A DNA stretch of 64,000 bases, from the sequence record MH992122.1; one strand, given 5' to 3'. Under the pieces are notes generated by a model that did not search any database, had not been told where the DNA came from, and was given only the letters and a program-made list of their open reading frames with translations. This DNA comes from Escherichia phage OLB35. Below are positions 19,918 through 28,538 of this stretch, in pieces (position 1 is the first letter of the stretch; every line of letters starts with the position of its first letter). Made by a program: the position numbers and the translations under genes.

Positions 19918-20913
19918 TCATTCCTTAAGAAGTTTTACTACTTGAATAAGATTAGCTCGTTCTGTTTTATTTTTACCGTTTAAGCCTGCTAATCGTGAGA
20001 TTTCATCGTCAGTCTGTTGAATAGTTACATTAAGTTCGTTAATCAAAGCTTCAAAGTATTTGATTTGCTCAGCATGTTTTGATTCAAATTTCTGAACAGG
20101 AATAACATCTTGGTTCAGTTCATCAATAAGGTCTTTAAGAGCATCTTCTTGGTTGATATCATATTCAACTTCTTTTATTTCTTCAACGAGCTCGTCTTTA
20201 TATCTAACGTCTTTTAGTCCTGGAGCTGGTCCTGAAATCTCTTCTTTAAGAGTACAAACATACCCAATACGGTATCCAATGCCGTCTCGCTTGATATCAA
20301 CTTCGTCGATAAATCCACAATGTTTAAGACCAGAGCCGATTATGTCAAAATATCCTTGACGTCGTCCTTCAAACGTTACACGAACTACTAAGACAGTTTT
20401 ACCACCAACCTTTTGAAGCTCACATTTATAAAAGTCTGTTGAACCTGAATAACGTGGATGAGTTTTAAAGTTCATCTGACGATCTAGGCCCATTTGTAAA
20501 CGTGCTGTTACGGCCATAAAACGTGTTTGGTTCTCGTTAAGATGAGCAACAATCCATTTCAAAGGCATTTTACACTGTTCACGACCGAACAAATCAGTAC
20601 GTCCTAGATTACGCAGGATATTGTTAGAGTTAATCATCGACAGAACGTTAAGTTTATTCAGCGCGCTGAAGATTCCATCAGCCATTGATTTTCCATAACC
20701 TTTACACGCTTTAATAAGTGCTCGCGGCAGATTAGTATAGATTTCAGACGGCATATGAAAATCAAATTTACTAGTCAGTAATTGATGAACTTGGATAGCA
20801 ATTTGCTCGTAATTAAGTGCTCTGCGATCATTATGGTCTTTAAACCACACTTTAATCTGTGAAGCACATAAACCGTTAATTTCATGTTTTACCGCATCAG
20901 ATGTAATACTCAT
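19918..20913 (-). CDS. Hypothetical protein with C-terminal coiled coil
   Basis: 331-aa ORF. Confidence 0.55.
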   Translation of the reverse strand: MSITSDAVKHEINGLCASQIKVWFKDHNDRRALNYEQIAIQVHQLLTSKFDFHMPSEIYTNLPRALIKACKGYGKSMADGIFSALNKLNVLSMINSNNILRNLGRTDLFGREQCKMPLKWIVAHLNENQTRFMAVTARLQMGLDRQMNFKTHPRYSGSTDFYKCELQKVGGKTVLVVRVTFEGRRQGYFDIIGSGLKHCGFIDEVDIKRDGIGYRIGYVCTLKEEISGPAPGLKDVRYKDELVEEIKEVEYDINQEDALKDLIDELNQDVIPVQKFESKHAEQIKYFEALINELNVTIQQTDDEISRLAGLNGKNKTERANLIQVVKLLKE

Positions 20914-20975
20914 AACTATTTCCTCAGATTGAATTGGAACTCAAAACCATTATAACCCGTCCTTGGGTAAAGCGT

Positions 20976-21503
20976 TTATGCGTGAACCGTCTTTAAACGT
21001 TCTTCAAATTTCCGAAGAGTACTAATACGTTCTGCTTTCTGTTTTGTATAGTTTGCAATACGTTCTGAAGTGAGAGCGTATCGTTCGTTTACTGTTTCTT
21101 TCATGAAGTCAGGGATTTCACGAGAAGCTTTAATTTCATCAAACTTGTCGAGTACTGCCTGGTCTTCAGCGATTAAATTTTCGTACATCTCGATATCTTT
21201 CTTGATAAACTCGATATCTTCCTGGGTTACTTTGGATAAACGAGACGCTTTATCCTTTTTGTACTGCTCGTTAGTTTCACGAGACCAGAATAATGTACGT
21301 TTTTTGTTAGTGTTTTTGTAGACTTCCACAATTCCAACTGAATCGATGATAACAATCCAATTCCAGCGAGATTTGAAAATCTGACCTCCGTCCACGGTAA
21401 TCTCGTTATCATAAGCAACGTCATTAAAGAACTTGCTTTGTGCTTCAGATTTAAATTTACCGTCGTTATAATTTACCAGGTTGAAAATATCTTTAGCGTT
21501 CAT
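20976..21503 (-). CDS. Hypothetical protein
   Basis: 175-aa ORF with a Shine-Dalgarno GGAGGT upstream. Confidence 0.55.
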   Translation of the reverse strand: MNAKDIFNLVNYNDGKFKSEAQSKFFNDVAYDNEITVDGGQIFKSRWNWIVIIDSVGIVEVYKNTNKKRTLFWSRETNEQYKKDKASRLSKVTQEDIEFIKKDIEMYENLIAEDQAVLDKFDEIKASREIPDFMKETVNERYALTSERIANYTKQKAERISTLRKFEERLKTVHA

Positions 21504-21530
21504 GTTTTACCTCCAGTAGTTGATAGGTCT

Positions 21531-21559
21531 ATAATAACATAACCATAGACCTTGTAAAC
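21531..21559 (-). promoter_or_regulatory. Early promoter / PeSL-like element
   Basis: Minus-strand TTTACA, ~16-nt spacer, TATTAT; -10 flanked by inverted repeat AGGTCTAT/ATAGACCT. Confidence 0.5.
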
Positions 21560-21561
21560 AA

Positions 21562-21849
21562 CTAAAAGAAACTTTTTTCAGTATTTTTTCCACTGAACCA
21601 AACAGACTTCGGGATTTTTTGTAATTTTTCAGACTTAAGTTTCTCTTCCTGTTCTTTCTTATATACTCCCTTGTCGTACTGGAGCATCTCTAGGGCATTC
21701 TTTTGCAAACGATCTAAGGTAATTAAGGCTTTAGTTTTTCCTTTCAAGGAAGAGTCCTGGCGAACTTCCTCGCTATATTGCATCGTAGAACTAACCATAC
21801 GATGTGCATACAGTTCGACTGCGGCTTTGATTTTTTGCATAAAATCCAT
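21562..21849 (-). CDS. Hypothetical protein
   Basis: 95-aa ORF. Confidence 0.45.
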   Translation of the reverse strand: MDFMQKIKAAVELYAHRMVSSTMQYSEEVRQDSSLKGKTKALITLDRLQKNALEMLQYDKGVYKKEQEEKLKSEKLQKIPKSVWFSGKNTEKSFF

Positions 21850-21987
21850 AACATATCCTCTTTGATTTGTACATCATTATTTTTAAATATTTCTATGCCC
21901 TCAGTAGGTTCCTGGTGTCCTTCTTTGAGGTAAGCCATATGGTTATTAATCTTTATGGCTTTTGTTACCTCAGGACTTCCTGTAAGC

Positions 21988-22980
21988 TTATTTCAGTAAA
22001 GTTACTTCAGAGATTTCCTCCCAACCATCTTTATCAGTTGAAATAAAATCTGCTACATAAAGAGCCGTACGTAATGATACATTGCGAAGACGAGATACGT
22101 TAGCCTTCATCCAGGACAATGCTTTGTACGTTTCAGCATCAGTCAAGCCACGTTTCTGCATCATGTCAGTAGATAATATTACATCTTCAACTCGAACCAT
22201 AATCTCTTCATTAGAGTGTACTCCAAGGTCCAAATACACTGAACGAGATACTAAAGCTTGAAGGTGTGGAGCAAGTTTCGAACCGCGTTCTAACTCTTTA
22301 TCAATATCAACGTTTGTAATGAAAACGATAGTACCTTCAAACTCAAATTCTTTATCGATACCCTTATCATCGAGATAAGATGACGCAGTGCTCCAGCAAA
22401 CTTTGCGTTTATCACCAGTATCTAATGCTGCTTTAAGAAGGTTCAAGATGTCCATATCCGAGAATACGTCAACGTCGTCGATTAAGAGAACGCTGTCTGC
22501 ATCACGGTTGAGCCAAAGTTGTTCGTAAAGGCCAATACCAGAGATTTTACCATTAATGCTTTTGTATTTGATGAAACCGTTATCATTAGCATTATTAAGT
22601 GCTTTATCCAGAGAATACGTCTTACCAATACCGGCTGCACCTGAAATAATGAGTGAACGAATTTTGCCATCGATAATACCATTCGTCATCATGTTCATTA
22701 CTTTAAAGCGTTTGTTGATACGAGTTTTCATATCTTCAGTGCTTTCAACAACTGCAACTGGTGATGTCTCAACTCCTTCCATTACGATGTCTGATTTGAA
22801 GACCCATACTCCACGTTCAGAACCATCAATCATAACGAAAATTTTACCGTCACCTAAGTGGGAACATTCAGGATTAAGCTTTGCCGGGAACCATGTCTTT
22901 GTGGCAACATAAGAACCAGAGATTTCGTTATTACGATAGATACCTTTTTTGATTTGAACGTTGAACATTTTATTCTCCAA
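21988..22980 (-). CDS. P-loop NTPase
   Basis: 330 aa; Walker A GAAGIGKT and Walker B VLLIDDVD. Confidence 0.6.
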   Translation of the reverse strand: MENKMFNVQIKKGIYRNNEISGSYVATKTWFPAKLNPECSHLGDGKIFVMIDGSERGVWVFKSDIVMEGVETSPVAVVESTEDMKTRINKRFKVMNMMTNGIIDGKIRSLIISGAAGIGKTYSLDKALNNANDNGFIKYKSINGKISGIGLYEQLWLNRDADSVLLIDDVDVFSDMDILNLLKAALDTGDKRKVCWSTASSYLDDKGIDKEFEFEGTIVFITNVDIDKELERGSKLAPHLQALVSRSVYLDLGVHSNEEIMVRVEDVILSTDMMQKRGLTDAETYKALSWMKANVSRLRNVSLRTALYVADFISTDKDGWEEISEVTLLK

Positions 22981-23007
22981 ATTTACTCATTTCGTTTCGA
23001 TAGGTCT

Positions 23008-23036
23008 ATAATAACATGTTTAAAGCAAAAGTAAAC
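23008..23036 (-). promoter_or_regulatory. Early/middle promoter
   Basis: Minus-strand TTTACT-N17-TATTAT; a MotA-box-like TTGCTTTA overlaps the spacer. Confidence 0.45.
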
Positions 23037-23038
23037 AA

Positions 23039-23257
23039 TTATTTGCGACGAGATTTTTTGGTAAGAGGTTGAAAGAACACTGCTTTACCGGCAGGAGTCA
23101 AAGTGACTCGTAATGCATTACCGATTCCCAAGGATGCTTTAACCAGACCTTTAGATTTCAGTTCACCGAATGCTTGACGTTGGTCTGCATTACGAGTGTT
23201 AACCATAAGACCTTTATCACCAGCTTCACGAATCATTTCTAGCATTTTGGTTTTCAT
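23039..23257 (-). CDS. Small basic protein, possibly DNA-binding
   Basis: 72 aa from the internal Met (MKTKMLEMIREAGDKGLMVN...) preceded by GAGGAGAA. Confidence 0.45.
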   Translation of the reverse strand: MKTKMLEMIREAGDKGLMVNTRNADQRQAFGELKSKGLVKASLGIGNALRVTLTPAGKAVFFQPLTKKSRRK

Positions 23258-23346
23258 TTTGTTTTCTCCTCTTGTTTTGATAGGTCCTATAATAACATAT
23301 CCTAAAAGCATGTACACTACTTTTTAAAAATATTTTGACCCCTAAA

Positions 23347-23360
23347 GGGCCCGAAGGCCC
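23347..23360. terminator. GC hairpin (GGGCC-CGAA-GGCCC), bidirectional terminator candidate
   Basis: Perfect 5-bp GC stem with T-rich flanks on both strands, immediately 3' of the nucleotidyltransferase gene. Confidence 0.5.
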
Positions 23361-23363
23361 TTA

Positions 23364-24353
23364 TCATTTATAGTATGAATTATGATTTTCGAGATAGACT
23401 TGCTCAAGGAAATCATCCCAGAAACTCATATCTACCTTTTGTTGCATACCGTTCTTAGCGGCTTGTTCTGACGCGTGTTCAACTTGGTCAACGATATCTT
23501 CTAGGAATTCTTGTACAGTTTTAAACGTATGTTTACCAAGCTTAACATCGAGAATAAATGGAGCATCCTGAAGTGGGTAAACCAGGTCGCCGGTTTTGTA
23601 AATTTCCAATAATTGAAGTCCACCACGACACGCATGACTCAATGCTTTCCAGTCAATACCTTCATTGGCTTCTGCCTTACGAGCACGTTCACCATAGTTC
23701 TCTTCCAGTTTAACCAGGATGGCATTGAACTCTTTATTGGTTAACGTGTCTTGGAATTTACGGTCTAACAGATTATAGAATGTTTGCTTACCTGTTTTCT
23801 CGTTTTCGGTTTCAACCCACGAAGCAAATTCACCTATAGGCAGAACATTCTTCATATGTGATAAACGAATTACTGCACCGTTATCAAAGTATTGTCCCCA
23901 TTCATTAGAACGTTTAAGGGCTTGACGAAGAACAGCCAGTCGAGAACCCTTGACGCCATATTTAGAAGCTTGCTTACGGACATACCCTAAATAAGATTTC
24001 ATGTTAGTGGTATAGAAACGAGACCTGTTATCTTGAATATACTTCCATACATCAGGCAAATCAGATTTAACTACTAGACTTGGTGGAGTGTGAAGCATAT
24101 CTAATGCGACGGTTTCACCATCAGCAGCTAGTTTAAAGAAATATTTGAGACTATACAACTCATGGTCCACGTCGTCTTTTGTGTTCTTAGAAGATGTGTT
24201 ATTCGTGTTCTTGCTCATATGTTCTTTAACGTTACCGGTCAAGATATCACGAGCATGAGGGACATAAATTTCTTTAAAATCGACGTCAGATTCAGGAGTA
24301 GACGTTCCATAAAGGTGGCTACCAAAGTAGCCTTTCATAATTGTTTTCATCAT
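23364..24353 (-). CDS. Pol-beta-superfamily nucleotidyltransferase
   Basis: 329 aa; N-terminal GSHLYGTSTPESDVD fits the G[SG]x9-13Dx[DE] motif. Confidence 0.55.
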   Translation of the reverse strand: MMKTIMKGYFGSHLYGTSTPESDVDFKEIYVPHARDILTGNVKEHMSKNTNNTSSKNTKDDVDHELYSLKYFFKLAADGETVALDMLHTPPSLVVKSDLPDVWKYIQDNRSRFYTTNMKSYLGYVRKQASKYGVKGSRLAVLRQALKRSNEWGQYFDNGAVIRLSHMKNVLPIGEFASWVETENEKTGKQTFYNLLDRKFQDTLTNKEFNAILVKLEENYGERARKAEANEGIDWKALSHACRGGLQLLEIYKTGDLVYPLQDAPFILDVKLGKHTFKTVQEFLEDIVDQVEHASEQAAKNGMQQKVDMSFWDDFLEQVYLENHNSYYK

Positions 24354-24823
24354 TTAGCCTTATATTCAAGAGTAGGACAGACTTTTTCTTTACGAGCTTT
24401 AAGGTATTCACCTATTAATGATTTCTTACGTTCAATAGGCTCAAGTCCATTTTTAATTCGTTCTTGGTTTTGTGCAATGAGCTCAACTTCTTTATAATAC
24501 TTCCGCTCTCTGTATAAGTCGATTAGCCACGGTATGCCTAATACTAAAACTATAGAAATACCAACACATAATGCAATGAATAAAACACCTACACCAATTG
24601 AGGCCGGAACCAATGTCCATAAACTACTAAAGACAAAGAATTTAGTTAAAATTTCCTGGCCAACGATTGTGGCCGCTGCTAAAATCGCAAATCCAATAAT
24701 CGAAACAAACAATACCGGGAGAAACGTTTTCCAAAAATAAGCACACAACGTTTTCGGACGATTCCATGTACTATTAAACGCGGCATAAATTTTAAAGTGC
24801 CAAGAGTTTTCATTGATAATCAT
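24350..24823 (-). CDS. Integral membrane protein (3 predicted TM segments)
   Basis: 157 aa; stop/start overlap (ATGA) with the nucleotidyltransferase gene. Confidence 0.55.
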   Translation of the reverse strand: MIINENSWHFKIYAAFNSTWNRPKTLCAYFWKTFLPVLFVSIIGFAILAAATIVGQEILTKFFVFSSLWTLVPASIGVGVLFIALCVGISIVLVLGIPWLIDLYRERKYYKEVELIAQNQERIKNGLEPIERKKSLIGEYLKARKEKVCPTLEYKAK

Positions 24824-24832
24824 AATAATTCC

Positions 24833-25363
24833 TTATTTCAAAGTTGGGATAATAGAATCGAGATAAGCTTTAAGAGCAACTGCTTCATCTTTGTCTAATG
24901 TAACGATATGTTGACGAAGGTCATCAATTTGACGAATAACTACAACATCGCCATCTTCATAAGAAGGATTAACGCCTAGGACCGTTGTATAGTCAGGGCG
25001 GTCCTGATTTGTAATAAAAGCATTACGGCATTTAGCCCATTGAAGTTTGGCCTTTTTGGCTGTTTCAGATTCCATTAATTCTTTCACCTTAGTGACGAAT
25101 GTTTTCCAATTATTAATAGAAAGGCATTCATCTTCTGTTTCGATATTAACCCCACTATAAAGACCGTGATAAAAACGAACTTGAAGGTCTTCATCGATGT
25201 TAATTACAGATGCATGGCCGGGCGGATTGAGTTTCAAAATCTTGTCCAGTTCCATAGGAAGAATAGTAACAGAATCATCTTCTTGTGTCAGAACATACAC
25301 ATAACCACGTTTTTCGATACATAAATCGCCAAACAACTCGGTTGTTTCAATTACAGTTTTCAT
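24833..25363 (-). CDS. Hypothetical protein
   Basis: 177 aa from the ATG at 25363 (MKTVIETTELF...); the track form begins at a TTG four codons upstream. Confidence 0.5.
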   Translation of the reverse strand: MKTVIETTELFGDLCIEKRGYVYVLTQEDDSVTILPMELDKILKLNPPGHASVINIDEDLQVRFYHGLYSGVNIETEDECLSINNWKTFVTKVKELMESETAKKAKLQWAKCRNAFITNQDRPDYTTVLGVNPSYEDGDVVVIRQIDDLRQHIVTLDKDEAVALKAYLDSIIPTLK

Positions 25364-25364
25364 A

Positions 25365-25544
25365 TTATTCACCAATTAAAGTTTCAACAAAATTCACCAA
25401 ATCATTCAGACAAGCATCAACCTGTTTTTCATAAAAGTCTTCGTTATCATTTACTGCATGATAAGCTACATCATTCAAATCTGAATCGGCTTCACGTAAG
25501 TTACGGATAAGTTCCATCAATTTATTAGCTTGTTCACGGGTCAT
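25365..25544 (-). CDS. Hypothetical small acidic protein (59 aa)
   Basis: MTREQANKLMELIRNLREADSDLNDVAYHAVNDNEDFYEKQVDACLNDLVNFVETLIGE. Confidence 0.35.
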   Translation of the reverse strand: MTREQANKLMELIRNLREADSDLNDVAYHAVNDNEDFYEKQVDACLNDLVNFVETLIGE

Positions 25545-25651
25545 TTTACCATACTCGTTTCAATAAGATTCACTATGCCGTTTACCATGTTATAAGTAAA
25601 CATCGGATAATTGTATTGTACTACAACATAAGCGATAAGCAAAAGTTTCAT
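25541..25651 (-). CDS. Hydrophobic micro-protein (36 aa)
   Basis: MKLLLIAYVVVQYNYPMFTYNMVNGIVNLIETSMVK; Shine-Dalgarno GGAGAACAAA; its TGA overlaps the next ATG (ATGA). Confidence 0.35.
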   Translation of the reverse strand: MKLLLIAYVVVQYNYPMFTYNMVNGIVNLIETSMVK

Positions 25652-25679
25652 TTTGTTCTCCGTTCGTTTTGGTAGGACT

Positions 25680-25708
25680 ACTATAACATAATCCTACCAA
25701 GATGTAAA
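25680..25708 (-). promoter_or_regulatory. Early promoter / PeSL-like element
   Basis: Minus-strand GTTTACA-N17-TATAGT; -10 embedded between arms GGTAGGA/TCCTACC. Confidence 0.5.
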
Positions 25709-25945
25709 CTACCGATTGTGTTTTAAATGTTGATAAAGTTCTTCAACTTGTTTAGGGTCCAAAACAATTAGGTCATTTTCTTGACGAAGATAAATCCATC
25801 CCTTATCACCAGGTCCATTTTTACAAAACATCACCGTCGTCATATCATCATCTTCAGCGCTTTCAGGTAAAAGTTCAAGTACACCGTCTTCAGATTTTCC
25901 AGTATAATCGTAAAGCATAATATCCTCACATAATCTCGTTAACAT
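25709..25945 (-). CDS. Hypothetical protein
   Basis: 78-aa ORF. Confidence 0.45.
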   Translation of the reverse strand: MLTRLCEDIMLYDYTGKSEDGVLELLPESAEDDDMTTVMFCKNGPGDKGWIYLRQENDLIVLDPKQVEELYQHLKHNR

Positions 25946-26108
25946 ACATTTGCAATTCGGTGTGGGCGTCGGCCATCTTTTTCATTGCCTTATTGATATC
26001 AATATCGCCATCTTCGCACCCATGAGCATTTTCCCAATCGGATACAGAATTAGCATACTCTTCAATCAAAAACATCAACTTAGAAATCTTTTCTTTACGT
26101 GTCATAAC
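25926..26108 (-). CDS. Hypothetical protein
   Basis: Internal-Met start (MTRKEKISKLMF...) with Shine-Dalgarno GAGGAGAA. Confidence 0.4.
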   Translation of the reverse strand, partial: VMTRKEKISKLMFLIEEYANSVSDWENAHGCEDGDIDINKAMKKMADAHTELQMYVNEIM

Positions 26109-26172
26109 GTTCTCCTCTAGTAAGTAAGGACTACTATAACACAACCTGAGGAGAAGTAAACTGATAATATCC

Positions 26173-26200
26173 AAAAAGCCCCAACCATAAGGAAGGGGCT
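26173..26200 (-). terminator. Rho-independent terminator
   Basis: Minus-strand AGCCCC-UUCCUUAUGGUU-GGGGCU hairpin followed by a U5 tract. Confidence 0.6.
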
Positions 26201-26206
26201 AGTAAA

Positions 26207-26509
26207 TTAGATAGATGTAGACTCTAATTTTATTTTCATGAACTCGGCAAATTGTTTGGCAGTTTTTATGCCTTGTTCATGACATTCAAATGCATCATCA
26301 CAGGGGCTATTTTTGTAATGCTTTGCCATATACTTATAGAATTTTTCAGAGTTCTCGACATTTTGAATTTCAAACAAAGTATATACGTTTTTAATCCCTG
26401 ATTCCATAAAGTTATCAAAGTATGGGTCAACATATGCAGTACCAACGATAGGAGTTGTTGCTGCAAAAAACCCAAGCATCGCCATGACAGCTATCGCTCT
26501 TAAGGCCAT
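26207..26509 (-). CDS. rI: Lysis-inhibition regulator RI (periplasmic, signal-anchored)
   Basis: MALRAIAVMAMLGFFAAT...VDPYFDNFMESGIKNVYTLFE... matches T4 RI; lies just before tk. Confidence 0.8.
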   Translation of the reverse strand: MALRAIAVMAMLGFFAATTPIVGTAYVDPYFDNFMESGIKNVYTLFEIQNVENSEKFYKYMAKHYKNSPCDDAFECHEQGIKTAKQFAEFMKIKLESTSI

Positions 26510-26521
26510 ATAGGCCTCCTG

Positions 26522-26734
26522 TTAATTTTGGCCAGTATTTATTTTTCGCCTTTGGACGGCCTTAACATCTGCGAGGTATTTTTCCAGCTTTCGCTTGCGT
26601 GTATAATCAGCTTTAGAACCAGTTTGACGGATATCCTCGTTTAAATGAGAAATAGAATGTCCTAATTCTCTTCGGATTTCGTCCAATTGGGTTACAGTAA
26701 GATTACGAAGTTGTCTTTCGTTTAATTGCTGCAT
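26522..26734 (-). CDS. Hypothetical protein (rI.1 position)
   Basis: 70-aa ORF between rI and tk. Confidence 0.45.
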   Translation of the reverse strand: MQQLNERQLRNLTVTQLDEIRRELGHSISHLNEDIRQTGSKADYTRKRKLEKYLADVKAVQRRKINTGQN

Positions 26735-26761
26735 ATATACCTCTTGGTTAGATATTAGTAT

Positions 26762-27343
26762 TTATAACAACCCTGTCAAATCATTCCAATGCTTCCGGCA
26801 TAATGACACGTATCTATCGGTATCACCAATTTCAATTTGACTGCCATCTGTAATTGGAAGTCCGTCTTCCGTGACTCTAGCTACCATTGTGGCTTTTTTA
26901 CCGCAATGACAGACACCTTTAAGTTCAACAAGCTTATCGGCAATAGCCATTAATGCTTGAGAACCTTCAAATAGATTACCTTTAAAATCTGTTCGTAGTC
27001 CGTATGCCATTACCGGCACATTGTATACGTCAACAATACGACTAAGTTGATACACCTTTTCAGTAGTTAAGAACTGAGCTTCGTCAACAAATACACAGTG
27101 AATATCCTTTTGTGCTGCAGCCCATTTATAAAATTCAAAGATATCCATGTCTTTTGTAATTATATTGGCATCCTGACGAATACCAATACGGGAGACTATT
27201 TCACCTTTTGAATCGCGAGTATCAATAGCCGGTTTAAGAACTAATACACCCATGCCACGTTCTTTATAGTTATGTGCGGCAGTAAGTAATGAAGCAGACT
27301 TACCAGCGTTCATAGCGGCATAGGTAAAAATTAAACTAGCCAT
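26762..27343 (-). CDS. tk: Thymidine kinase
   Basis: 193 aa; P-loop YAAMNAGKS and C-terminal zinc ribbon CHCGKKA...CRKHW; T4 Tk-like. Confidence 0.9.
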   Translation of the reverse strand: MASLIFTYAAMNAGKSASLLTAAHNYKERGMGVLVLKPAIDTRDSKGEIVSRIGIRQDANIITKDMDIFEFYKWAAAQKDIHCVFVDEAQFLTTEKVYQLSRIVDVYNVPVMAYGLRTDFKGNLFEGSQALMAIADKLVELKGVCHCGKKATMVARVTEDGLPITDGSQIEIGDTDRYVSLCRKHWNDLTGLL

Positions 27344-27352
27344 AAGAGTCCC

Positions 27353-27535
27353 TTATAGTGAATTCACGTAGTCAATGAGTTCTTGTTCTTTCCTGTCAAA
27401 TGATTCCATCAATGCTTGATATTCTTCGTCTGTTAAAGGAGCATATTCATCGTACGCATTAGTGGCTGCTTGCTCATCCAATAGGTCATGGATAAGTTCG
27501 AACAGTTTAGTTTTCTCTTCTTTAGTTAATTTCAT
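27353..27535 (-). CDS. Hypothetical acidic protein
   Basis: 60-aa ORF. Confidence 0.4.
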   Translation of the reverse strand: MKLTKEEKTKLFELIHDLLDEQAATNAYDEYAPLTDEEYQALMESFDRKEQELIDYVNSL

Positions 27536-27753
27536 TTAGGTTCACCTTCTTTAATGAAATCCGGATAAGGATTAAATCCAGAATAAAATCCTTCACCTTT
27601 ATGATTGCTACAACCCTTGTTCGAGCAATAGCACCAATAATCAAAATCACAAGCCATTTCGTCATTGCATAGAGCAAATACTACAGGCCATTCACATTTT
27701 TCACATTTAGCACCTGTAAGAATTTTTGTTTGGCTCATAACAATGGTTCCCAA
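27532..27753 (-). CDS. Cysteine-rich small protein
   Basis: 73 aa with 9 Cys (CEKCEW...CNDEMACDFDYWCYCSNKGC). Confidence 0.45.
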   Translation of the reverse strand: MGTIVMSQTKILTGAKCEKCEWPVVFALCNDEMACDFDYWCYCSNKGCSNHKGEGFYSGFNPYPDFIKEGEPK

Positions 27754-28232
27754 TCAACAATCACAATTTCTAGTTTAGTGGAATACGTATCTAAAATCTC
27801 TTCGATGACATCCCAGTTTCCGCCACCGATACCTGCACCAATTCTTGGCATATAAATTACAGGCTTTGTTATCTTATTCTTTCCGAATTCATTTAATTCT
27901 ATTATACAATTCATTAAAGCAGGGTACTCAAAATTAGGTCCCGGCTCAAACTGTGTATAAAGATTAAAGCAATAAGCTTTATGGGTCTTAAAATATTTTT
28001 CATAAACCGAATAAGTCCCGAGTTTAGACTCGTCTCCGAATTCGGTTTGAAGTTTATCTGCTTCCAGAATTTTTGGATAAGCCTTTGCCAATTGACCTGC
28101 TACACCGGCACCCATTGTATGAAAACAATTGCACCCATGAGCAATATTATTACCTTTAGAAAACAGGGCGACAATATCGCCCTTGATATAGTTTTTAATC
28201 ACTTGCTGCAAGTCCTCTAGTATAAGAGTCAA
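27735..28232 (-). CDS. Macro-domain-like protein (putative ADP-ribose binding/processing)
   Basis: 165 aa; glycine-rich motifs MGAGVAGQLA and RIGAGIGGGNW resemble macro-domain signatures. Confidence 0.45.
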   Translation of the reverse strand: MTLILEDLQQVIKNYIKGDIVALFSKGNNIAHGCNCFHTMGAGVAGQLAKAYPKILEADKLQTEFGDESKLGTYSVYEKYFKTHKAYCFNLYTQFEPGPNFEYPALMNCIIELNEFGKNKITKPVIYMPRIGAGIGGGNWDVIEEILDTYSTKLEIVIVDWEPLL

Positions 28233-28533
28233 CTAGACGGTCCACCATAGAATTGCATGCTGCCTTATCTTTAGGTTCCGCCACCGAGCATTCTAATATT
28301 TGCCATTTTTTATGATATCGTTTAATTAAGGTAGACGCCTTGAACCTACTAGACGCCCCATCTTTTTCTCCGTCTTTATATGCGTATAACAATTTTTGTG
28401 AAAAATCTACTTTACACTCTTGACTTTTACCACAATAATCAGACGCCGTTCTGTTTGTATACTCCGTTACATCAGTATATGTAGTATTAGCAAGAGCGTT
28501 AAATGAAACCAAGCCAACTATTAAAGCCAACAT
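28195..28533 (-). CDS. Secreted/periplasmic protein with signal peptide
   Basis: MLALIVGLVSFNALA signal peptide; 4 Cys in the mature part. Confidence 0.5.
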   Translation of the reverse strand: MLALIVGLVSFNALANTTYTDVTEYTNRTASDYCGKSQECKVDFSQKLLYAYKDGEKDGASSRFKASTLIKRYHKKWQILECSVAEPKDKAACNSMVDRLVDSYTRGLAASD

Positions 28534-28538
28534 TTTGG

